64,000 nucleotides of DNA from NCBI GenBank assembly GCA_030141605.1, contig JAQGDQ010000134.1:124001-188000 (forward strand). The letters are read 5' to 3'. The notes under the pieces are model-generated. The model ran no database searches. It was not told the DNA's origin and saw nothing but the letters and a program-made list of their open reading frames with translations. The translations under genes and the position numbers were made by a program. Below, piece after piece: positions 47,901 to 59,900 of this stretch (position 1 is its first letter; each line of letters begins with the position of its first letter). This stretch comes from Tubiluchus corallicola. Its lineage: Eukaryota > Animalia > Priapulida.

Positions 47901-50900
47901 CATTGGCTCTTGTCTGGGACAAGTTTTACACTACGTGGAAAATGCGTGCCTTATTGATCATTAGTGGGTGGGTAACATTAGTGATTGAGAGCATGGTGAT
48001 CATGTGGCATGTTGGTTGACTGATGTGTGGAATTTGATATCCAGAATAATGATTATATTTAGCATGAATAACTAAAGTGTGACTGACCTGCTAACTATTT
48101 ATTGAGCATGGCTTATAATCATTTTTCACCCTCATCAATAAAATTACTAACAGAAAAAACCATTTTCAACTTTTTGGCTAGATGTTTGATAAAATGAGTA
48201 AACATTCCAAAACCACAGCCTGTTATTGTATGTGTTGTTCCAAATTTCTTAAAATCAGACATATAGTGCTAGAGCCTAAACCTTAATTCTTTGAATGACC
48301 ATTATATTCGCATGCAGAGGGGATATCTTCAACGCCATCAAGCAAATGAAGCCATTTAGTGTTCTTCATTACTGTCAGATAAACTAACTGTTAATATATC
48401 CATTTGTTGTGCAAAGTATCCTTTTCCACACTGCTATTACTTCTCAATCTTGTGATTATGGACTCATTCAACTGCAAGAAGGATAGAATTCTTACCGTTT
48501 GGGATTTAAAGACTCTTTGATGTTGTTGCATTAACACAGATCATTTATTCCCACAAGGTTTCTTCTCATTTTCACTGCAGCGATACCCTACGCTCAATGA
48601 TGGCAACGGTTGAAGAGTTTTTTCAGCGCAGCTTTCAGCTTGAGTAGCAACAACTTCGGGTTTTTGTAGCCCAGTGTTTGTAAACATAGCTGCAATTCAA
48701 TGCGTTCTAAATGCATGTGCATTCCACATGTGACAAAGTCTACAGACTCTACAAGAATAAGGCCTGGCTTCTGCCATTGCTACATGGCAAATTCAAGAGC
48801 ATTTGTGGAATGTCATTAGTACCTCGTAATGGCGAGTTTTTGTCTTGCAGTAAATTTAGAAATACAGCCAGTTAAGTGGCTTCCTGCAGTGATTGCTGAA
48901 ACCACTCCGGAGGGATTGGTGGCTTCACATGAGCCAGATGCATCAATGAAGATTAGCCACTACTGCTTATGATACTTAACAGATATGATAAGACTCTTAT
49001 TGAGAGCCTGAGAGTATTCATTGTTGAGTCAAGTACAAGAATTTTATTGGCTGATGTGCTGTCTTAAACTCTTCTTACAATTGGAAGAAAATACTCTACC
49101 CATAGTGTAGTTCTTAGATCAGGATCTAATGAAAATAGTCACACAGTCAGAGAAACCACTACAGGTAGTGCACTTTCTTTGATTAATTCGATGATGTAAT
49201 CGTAGGATATGTAGGCATCCGGGACCCAAATTAATTTTGTAATGTTTTGCAATATAAACAGGCATGGGCTTCTGCTGGGGGTTAGCAAACAGGCTATTTG
49301 CCCCCCCCCCTTTGGATCAGGCCTTCTACATGTAATATTGGGATCAATAATCAGCATAATGTGTAGTTACAGTTTTGCAAACCCACCCGCTAGGTGTAGG
49401 TGTTTGCTGCACTAGCCTGACCCCACCCCCACTGCACCACACGAGGGCCCAGGGATACGATAATTTTAAGGAATAATTGTAATAGTAGAAGTACATCCCT
49501 TTGTTCTCACTTGGAAAAGTTGCAGCGGATGCCTTTGTAAACAGACTTAGTATACACTTGTTGTGTATCTGGTTGCTACCCTCAGCTCACACCTCATTGC
49601 CATGACCAAGTACTTTTCATTGCAGGGATCCCGACATTTGTTTTTAAATGACACAGAGGCAAAATAACTATAAATGTAAATGTAGTATGAATGGGAAGTA
49701 CAAATGGACAAAGTCATTTAAAGTGCGAAAGAGATTAAGATGATGCCTCTCGCATCTTCTCCGTAGTGCAAACAAGTTGGCAATGCCTGCCGTTAATGTG
49801 ATTTGTGTCGCAATGAAATTAGCCAGCCCTGATTAATGTTACACACTTCACTAGGTAAACATGCCATTTACTTACGTGATGAATACCATGCACATGGTGT
49901 GGGTTAACTTCATCAGTGCATCAGCATAATATTCATGTGTTGACTGAAAATAATGGGGTAGAACTGATTTGAAAATATAAAGAATGTAAACACTGGATTT
50001 GTATTTTGGACTTCTGTATTTTGGACTCCAGATTGTATTTTTATGAACACATACACAGTATACGTATGCAAAATAAGTGTGAACTATTATAAAATCCCCA
50101 AAGACGAAATGAGAATAACACAGCATACCAGTGTGCACTATTTCCAGTTGGAAGAAAGAATGAAAAATAAAAGACAGAAATTCTCTGTCGCTTTTCTGCA
50201 GTTTCCATCAATCTTCTACCAGACTGCTCACGTCTTTCCTCGGCTTCTAGTGATCCAATTGGTTTATAGCTTGAGTCATAATTTGTTAAATTTCAGGCAC
50301 AGTTGGCAGTTGCCCATTGGTGCTCGGTGATAGAAACAACATAAAGCCCTGCTAATGGCTTTTCTTATAAAAAGCTGATTTTTGGAACTCGTGTTTCTTA
50401 TGATTAACTATGTGAAACTGAGTTTATTAATATTATCACATGTGACCTTGAAAATAACATTGTAAAACAAAAACTCGCATATATGGTAAACAAAAAATGA
50501 ATGTACTTACTACAATACTTTCAACACTTACCAAATGTCTGGCTGCCTTGAGGTCAATATAGTCACATTTGACTTTGAAACTAACCATGTAAGACGAAAT
50601 TTTCCTTAGTTTTTTGTTTCAAATAAGTTTTTAATTCCATCCAATATGAGAAAACTGGCATCTACTGCCCAAATGTGATGGGATGTCAATGTCATTACTT
50701 CACACAGCGACATTACTAACTTTTTTGCATATAGGTCCTGAAAGGCTGACCACAACTTGCTTGGTTTTTCAAAATGTTAAACCCAAACCCATTGGCATGC
50801 CGAATTACAAAAGCTTGACACCAACTGTACAATTCTTGTAAAATTCTTCCCCGCTAAAAAGGATTTGGTACAAAGCAGCAGGGTGATTTGAATTCAGAGT

Positions 50901-53900
50901 TATCCATCTTCTAGCACGTGTGTGTAAAACTCTCTTACAAGCAGCAGACTGGGTACAGACTTTGTCTGTGGTCATTGGCATTTTCAGGTTCACCTCACTG
51001 CAGTTATCACCTCTTAATTGACCACTCTCCTAGTGAACTTCGCAGACCCTCTGTACTCACAAAAGTCATTTTTTCATTTCTCATTCTTCGGCTGCAACAT
51101 CTTCATTAAAACTTTTTATTCATGAGTTTGAATAAGACCTTCAGTTGCCCTCTTCATTTATTAGAAATGTCAAATTCTCAAAACAGCAATAATGGATTGC
51201 ATGAATCACTTGCGTTGAATCATTTTTTGGAAATGCCGTGACAGAAAACAGATGGACGAGCTTTAATTGCATGTCGTAAGGGTTTTCTCTGTGGATTATA
51301 CGGAAACGTTGTCTGCATTGAGAAATGTTGGATTATAAATCAGTCATAAGTGGATAATAATATTCAGCAGGGCATTAGTGATAAATCATTAACCAGTTGG
51401 CATGTTACTGCTTTATCATTGTGCCAAAGAAAGCTCTCCATATAAGAATTACTACTGATGGGAATGGGGCTTTCTATTTCTGTTTTTGGAAGTTGTAATT
51501 AAAGTGTCAGTATAATTGAAGAGTGGGCAGTGGAGCTTGGCCTGGTTACAGCAACAAAATTCATTTCTTGCTCCTTTTTATTTTTGCCTGTCATTTTCAT
51601 ATGTAAAACTTGTTCTCTTCGTATTCAATGCCTGAAGTAGCACGTTCCTGTTTGTTCTTGTGCCACTTACTCACATTGTTACTGTCAGCAATGCGCTGAC
51701 GATCTTTTCTGCCTCTTTTTCTGAGAAAAACTTTGGTTTGCAAAAATAGATAGTTGTTGTGAGTATGGGTCACAGTCTCATTCAATTTAATTTTTATTTA
51801 TTTGATGTTATTAATTCCAGGGTTGTGGTTAAGTCGTAAAGGAATAGTTCACATCAAAACATCTTTCAGGCGTCTTGATACACGGTTTAAACTATTGATT
51901 TTACCACACAGTGCGCTTGCATGAAAAAAACTGCTAAAAATAGAAAAGAAATTTATAAGAATTGTTAGCTGTATTTTGAGCGCTTACTGTGACTTTGAAA
52001 TATTTAGCAGCAGATACTGTATACACAGTATAAGTAGCTGCAAATTAATCCTATTCTGAAGATTATTTGCACAGGATTGCAAGGCATCAGTTAAAACTTC
52101 GAGCAAAAGTGCAGCAAATGCCATCATGCTATGTACTAACGACTGCAGTTCATTTCGCAATTTAAATTTAGTTGGAAACTTACAGTTGAAAGATTTAGAA
52201 ATATTTTAAAACTTTGAACGCAAAGCATATAACCTGTAACAACTGACGAATTCATTAGCTTTGAACAGCTGAACGATAAACTTATTTTAGATATAAAATT
52301 ATTTTCACCATTGTGGCCTGAAACTTCAAACAAATAACAGCACTTATTTTATTTTAAAGTGACTTTAAACTTTAATGAATTATTCAATAGTTGCGATTAC
52401 GTTCATCCTTCTCTCCGTAATGCAAAGTAATCTGAAGTCTAATGCAATTAGGAGTTCATATTTTCCAAGCTGTTGCTGTTTAACTACTACAGAAGGGCAT
52501 GAAATTTTCAAATAAAATATACAGCGAGTTTTACTTGCTATTGTTTTACTGGCCTCTTGAGACCAAGTTATGCTATTTTACTGCCAGAAAACCAAACTTT
52601 AACATGGATATATTTACATCTTCCAAAGTACAAATGTCCTTGAAGACGTAGCATTCATCTGCTACTCTAGGTTAATTTTCGAATGATATTTGATTAACTA
52701 ATGTACTGCACTAGATCTTTTTCTATGCTAATTATTATTTATTACACTATTGCCTTCCAGTCGCTGTACCCCTACCTAAATAATGTTAATTACAAAGGGT
52801 GGCTTCAGCCGATAACTATATTTTTTTGTGCCAACACCTTTTCTACGCAGATTCATTAAAGTATCAATTGTATATTCCCTTATTTTTATATGTAAGAAAC
52901 AAATAAATTCATTTGAATCTGAAAGCATGTGGTTAACAGCTTGCAATCATTATGAAAAATTGGGTCATCTTTAGTTTCTCACATTATAATTTACTTTAAA
53001 AACAAGCTACAATAAAGCACTGTGTTTGCTTCTGAAAGTCTTCACGTGTAGACAGTGAACCATATTTGCACTTACTTGGTTAGTATGGTTACAGCGTCAG
53101 AATTTTAAAGTGTTTTCTACTGTGTCGCAGGTGTTGTACAGCAACCGCCATCCGTACTTGCCGTTTGCTTCAAAAATGGCAACATTCACATGGTGAGGAG
53201 CTACGATGACATTTCTCCTAACGTCATCAACACACAGATAAAAGGTATGCAACACTCCAAGTGAACATTTCTTTATGTATATTTATTAAGTGTTGAAAGC
53301 TAGTGATCAATTCATATCAGCTCCATGGTGGTAAGTCAGTCAATGAGTCAAAATGTGCGTACACCGAGAATGGATTTTGTAAAAATGAAAACTTTGTTAT
53401 TCAGCTCAGTCTATGAATGTAGACTGTAGAGCTTTGTTGACCATGCTGTGGTTAATATGTACCTTTTTGCTTGGGTTAAAACAATAGATTGTGTTTTGTA
53501 ATCCAAATTTTCACTTATAGGGTGAAGCTGCCGAAACATTTTTAGTTTGTTGTTTTTCTGAAGCGGTTACTGTTAAAGGAAAAGACAAGCCACTTAGCCT
53601 GTTAGGTTCATTACTGTTCGTTTTATATATTTCATAAAAGATTGTCTATGAAACATAAAGCTAATTTATACAACTGTTGTATAGAAATTTACAGGCGCGG
53701 CGGTAGCCACCATTCACTTGAAGATTATGATGTAACTGGTGGACATCGTGGCTTTTTGTAAGCACATCATGGCTTTCCGTAAGCTGTTTAAACTAATTCA
53801 TACTTCTGCAGCTTAGCCAATGTTTACGCAGAAATATCACAAAATAGTTTCTTTTTATAAGAACTTATTATACTTTTGAAGGAAATTGACAGTGCACTGC

Positions 53901-56900
53901 TTTTCTTCAGCCAATGAATGACATCATTGGTGGAAGAATGGCCGTTCAAGATGGGAGCGTCCAAGCATAAAATGAACACCACTTTAAAGTGATTTTGCTA
54001 ATTACACGAGGCGCTTATTATATTTTTATTACTAAATTCTAACATTTTTTGCAAACATTGAAATAAACTTAACTTCCCAGAAGGCTTGACTTTTCTGTTT
54101 ATAATTGTTGCAGTATTTATACATCCAGTCCAGAATAAGCAAAATGGATAATAATTTCTTTATTTGTTTTCTATGTTTGTTAATTACTGGAAGTTTTAGT
54201 GCATTATTGGTATGTTTTTTCATTGTTGTCTCGTGCTGTTACAACTATTATGCCCCAGGTTTATTTGTTAGCAGACTTGGCTTCTTATAACTTTTTTCTA
54301 CTACAAAAAATATGCAAATTAAAGAATTTGTTTTCGGAAGTTCTGCACTTGACCTGTCTTTTTCAACCGATTAAGAAAAAAAATCATTATCTGCAGCTTA
54401 CCTAAAGAAAATGCATTTAGGCCAAATGCGATAAGAGTCTTGATTATTTGTCCCCAGTAGCCAAGAATAGAATAAAGCTTAAAGTGGTTGCCATAGTAAC
54501 CTCATCAGGGGCTGCACATTCTGTTGGTGATGTGATGATTGCATGATAAAATCTAATTATACATTGTTGTCCTAAGGTTCAAGGGTGTCTTAATCATATT
54601 TATATTGCTAGTTGTGTGCTTATTCGAAGATTATGTTCTTTATGCCACTGCAAATAGTGCAATTACAAGTTTCATTGTCGTGTCTGATTAACTTGCTGGC
54701 CATTGAGAAATTTCACTTTTTACACAGTATTCGTTAATTTTGTTGCAATGAGTAAAAGTAAAAACAGCCAACGGATCTATTAAGAGACATTCTTAAGCTT
54801 TGTAATGATCACATTTTTGTGTCAAGATAAATTTTGAGTTTTGTGCATTTTCGGTAAATTTATTAAAGCAACACCAGACCCAATCTTAAACCTTTGGTCA
54901 AAACAATTTACTCTTTAAAATATTGAAAGGGAACACTCTATCTTTTCCAAAATGACTTACGTGAGAAATATTACCTTCGCTGTTACGTGCATTTCGCCAT
55001 TCTCCAGTTAGACGAGCACTAACGCCTGCATTTCGGAAGCGCATTACACAAAAACAGGTACTGTACTTCTCAGTTCAAATGTGTTAGTTTCTGACGAACT
55101 ACGCACATTCAACAGCTCATCCGTGAGTAAATTTGAAATTTGAATTTTTATCTTAAAACGTGCCTAGTCTTAGTACAACACACTAAATGTTTTACAGTAG
55201 CACTGTACTTCAATTTTCGCTTTCGCAAACACGTGCAACATGCTCGTGAAATATTTTTGCTGTTGAAAATCATGTTAGTTTGTGATGTCATCAATAGTTG
55301 GGCTCGCCTGCCGTTAATTAAGTTTTTAATCTGTTATTTAATTATCAGAAACGCTTTTGCTGTATTAATCGTGTTAAAATGTATTCTTTTCATTGGACTC
55401 GAAAATGGGATAGTAGATAAAAAATCATCCTGTCTTCCTTTAAGTGTTTTATGCGATTTGTTCAGTAAACGAAGCGTTTTTCATGGCAGATTTTTCTCAA
55501 GTAGTTAAATTGCTTGCCTACTGAAACAAAAACTGACAACATCTTCAAAGAGCTAATGAAATATCCAACCGGAATATGTTATTTATGCAAATGCAGGACA
55601 TAAACTTTTTGTGCGTTAATGGTATTGTAAAAAAAATTGTGTAAAATTTCACGCACAGCTTAACGGGAACAATAGTTGCCATGGTATTTGTGACACAAGC
55701 TGCTATTTTCATTGTCCTGCTGTAGCTTCTAACATCACACTGCCCAAATGGGCATAAAGTTGACGTTACTATGGTGACTGAGCAATTTTTTGTCTGCCAT
55801 CTAGGGGCAAGTTAAAAAAAACAATACAAGTGCATAATTGCACTACTTACAGTCGTATGCTTCCCATGACAGTTAGCTTTAATTAGCTTCAATTTTGTTT
55901 TTTCCTGTTCCCGTTAAACAGAACACTAATAACACTCAGATAAATATTTATAAAACTTATAATGTTTTAATCATATCACATCAACATTCTTATCCGTCAA
56001 ATGAGTTGTGCTGGGCATCACGGCTGTACATTTTCCACGTAATTTTTACTGCCATACTTTCAAACGGCATGTACAGTCAAGCATTAGTAATTCAGCCTTT
56101 TGTTGTCCAGCGATCCCTTTCTGCTGTACAAGTTTGATTTGTACTTGTTTAAGTTTAAGTGCAGTGGCAAGTGTCAGTAGTATCGCCATCGTCGGCTTTC
56201 CTTGCCGTGGTTGAATTTACTTGACTTGATTTTTAAGTTACTTTTCTGCTGAGTAATTTGAATTGGTTTCTTTTCTCAACAGTGTTCTTGAGTTGTGCTT
56301 ATTTTTAAAGTTAAGCAGGATCGCTGATTGCCAGTTTTTCATTATCCTTGATTTTACTCTGTAAAGTTAGTAACGGATTTGTTACAATTTTTCGTCTTTT
56401 GCTTACTATTCGTCAAATCCTTGAAGCGGTCCTACATCAGTGACAATTACTTCAGTTTAACGCTGTTTGTGAAATAGTTGTTTTAGCAGTCCCAGGTTTT
56501 AACATTTTTAGTACATGCGTGTTTGCACAACAAAAAGTCTGGAAGCTTTTTTAGTTATTCACGTACACTGAATTTCTATTTCATTAGGATTGTTTTGATA
56601 TCAAGTTCAATGCTCTATGTTATTTCTAACATTGAGATAATCCAAGTTGAGGTGCAGGCTGCACATCGAAAAACATAATCTTGAGGAAATCGCTGTTAAA
56701 GTTTACCATTGTTTCTTGTCCTGTTTCTACAAAAACACTTAGCAATTGTACGAACGGGTGGTAGCTAAGGACTTTGCAAGAGCATATTGAAGTTATATTT
56801 AAATCCTGTAGATGGCTCTTCTTTTGACCCAATTTTTGATGCACTCTACTTAGATGCAGTTTTAACTATACCAGCTTGTGGACAGTTTTGGTTTACAAGA

Positions 56901-59900
56901 ACACATATAACATATTTCTGTTGCTAAACTTAATATTATCTCGTGCAGTGGGAGCAAATTTGAAGTCATACTTTTTCACACTACTCGTCTTATATAAATT
57001 TAAACATTGGTGGCACCACCTACATACCTAAACTGTAACTTCATTTTTATTCCATATGTTGACGTAGAGTAGAAAGCATTAACAAAAACAGAACGTTAGA
57101 TTCAAGGCCCATTTGAAGTATTCCTGCTTGGCTTTGAGTGGAAAATTGTCTCCTGTCATAAATCTTTCTCTATTCTGCAGAGACAACGATTTACAAAACA
57201 ATTGCGTCATTAAGCTATCTGAATGACGGAATTTATTCGAAAGTTGGACTGATTATTGTACATTTAGCCGGCAAAATACGACTGCTGAAAAACTAAACAA
57301 AGATAAGGAGAGGATGATAGGCCTACAGAGTATGGATTAAAATTGTCTTGCAAAGTTTAATTATCCTTGGCGGGTTTGTTGTGTGTTAAACAGTTTTCTA
57401 CATCTTGATAAATAATAATGAGGTTTGATTTGCCTTTCTGTCTGTTTGCCTGTCTGTCTGCCTGCCTGCCTGTCTTTCTGTCTGTCTGCCTGTCTGTGGT
57501 TATATTGTGAATGCATTCTTAAATTTTCTGAAGATATTCACCCATATAATTTAATAGGCAGATTATTCAGTTGTTTAGTAAGTTAGGTAATATCAAAAAT
57601 TATAATGATAAAAAAATAATGCAGTTTTTGTTAATGTGCCTAGCACTTATTAGTAGAGTCAAATCAGTCAACTCTACTGCAAAAACTTTGCAAGTTTTTT
57701 TTTGGAATCGCAATGGCATTGTTAGCAACAAATAATTTGGCCTTAATTCAATCCCCAAGTTGTAACGAGCTTTCCAATCAATAATTTTATTAGCTCCGAT
57801 AAATCTTGATGCCCGCACATTTACTGCTAAGCTATGGGTTCTGTTCGAGCGTCTATTACTTCGTGGCGTCATCATCTTTAGAAATTATAGCAGTTAATTT
57901 TGCAAAAATGCTAGTCGTGTCAGGAAAGTAAGTTATTCAGCAATATTTTATGTTTGGCACAATATGCTTGTGGCATTGCGCTTACATAAAATGCAAGTGC
58001 CACCGCTACTCTTTCAGAGATATTCAGCTAATTTGGTATTTATAGTCTTCTTGGAAAAGTTTATTGGTTGGCTAATAGTTCTGTAAGATCTGGCTGAAGT
58101 TTTTCTATATGCAATTCCATTGTGTGTCGCTTTGCTTTAACAGGGTCCGAGTTGTTCCGAATTTAGTTCCCTGATTTAGACTTCAAAATAGTACTAGCAG
58201 CTCTTCGGCTTAAGTGTCTGTTAGCTTGTTTGGAGCAACCAAAGAGTACATAGAAATAGAAATTTAATATCTAAATGAACGCATGACTATGACTATGACT
58301 ATTGAGCTGTATAATGACCGTTATTTGCTATTATGTTATGTTTTATTAATTTTTGGGAATGAGAGCAGTTAATTCGCGACTACTATTTACATACTCTCAT
58401 TAAATTATCATAGATTTGAGTAAGTTTTGCTTAATAAGCCTTTTCACAGGTTCGCTATGCGCATGCGCAGTTGCTGTAGGTCAAAAGTTAAATGAACCCC
58501 AGCAGTGCCTTTTTACTACAAATGTGGGTAAAGCAAAGGCATCTGCTGCATTAGTAACTTCAGTTGTTTTACATGGACTTTCCTTAATTATGTATTTGTC
58601 TGTGCATAGAGTGATTTACTAGCAGGATTTTGCTTGGGAACAACAAAAAAAGAACTAGGTAAGGTTCTAGTTAGCTGTTAAAGCTGTTACTATTACAATA
58701 GCATGGGCTGCAAGGTCTTGTCAAGTGTACACAAATGCATTGTCTGGTTAACTTAACCATTGACTTTTTCACGATCATCACCGCTGGACCTGTGAAAAGG
58801 CTTATTAGATTGATTGATTAATTACAAATTCAATAAGATTGCAGAAGCAAGAATTAATTTCAATTAATTTATGCAACTGTGTGTGTGTGTTCATTACTAT
58901 GTAGTAATACGACTACGCATTTAATGTTTAACTTACTTTAAAACATATTAAACAACTTTTCATGTTATTAAACTTGAAAACCTGTAAGTAACGATGATAC
59001 AGGGACTTTTTGGAAAGGCTTTGTTACTTTGACAACTAAACCTAGCAATACATTTAGTTGGTTTCAACTTACCGATACTGAAACCAAAATTTATGAAAAG
59101 AAACCGAACCGAAATCATTTTTGCAAAACCAGCTATTACTAGAATTGGAAAAAAAACAAAATTCTGAAATGAGTAATATACTTGTTTGTTTTTATTTGCT
59201 CTGATACAAATGTGACGAAATAGCTAGCCAACAAAAGTTTGTATAACATAACAGTCGAAACAGAACCCCAGAATTCATTTTGGACCGTTGTCCTAGAACC
59301 ACAATTAGAACTAAAATCTTTGAACTAAACACTTCAAAAAACAAATAAATTTTATTTTGTAAATGTCTTGTTGTTAATATTTCATAAACTAGAAACTTAA
59401 ACTTAGTTTTGTCCAAATTATACTTATATTTCTGTTGACTGTTCCTGCAACCTTGAAGGTCCGCAGTCGTCGAGCACTGAAGATATGCACATTATCATAA
59501 AAGCTGACTTTAACATACATGTTACACGAAATTTTACACTTTATTTGGACTATATTAGCCAAGATTTTTCAGCGGATTATAACATCTAGGAGAAAGAGTA
59601 AACTGGAAAATATTAGTAAAACTCTGGGAAAATACTACTGAAAATTACTGAAAGTTTTGGCTAGGAAACTTAATAAATTGCAGATGAAAATAAAGCTGAA
59701 ACAAAAGTGCAGTTATTGGTAGCAACTCTTCTTCTCATCACAGCTTTATGGTGTTGGAGTAAAAGTGTGATTTGATTTTGATACTTAGCTTTGATTAGGC
59801 TTTATTGCCTTTCAACTTTACAAAGAATACTATTAATAACTCATTCTCGATGACTTGAACCCAAACTGACTCAGATTGAGTATAATATTTGCAAATTTAA

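Noticed and set aside
48560-48620. Strong acceptor (ttctcattttcactgcag) in TULP4 intron 4, possible poison exon
   Set aside because: An in-frame stop follows within a few codons and no convincing donor is seen; no independent support.
58450-58527. Frame-preserving 78-nt cassette-exon candidate in TULP4 intron 5 (ttttcacag ... G|gtaaag)
   Set aside because: Phase-compatible, but it would interrupt a WD40 blade, has no similarity to TULP4 that I recognise, and exons 5 and 6 already join cleanly.
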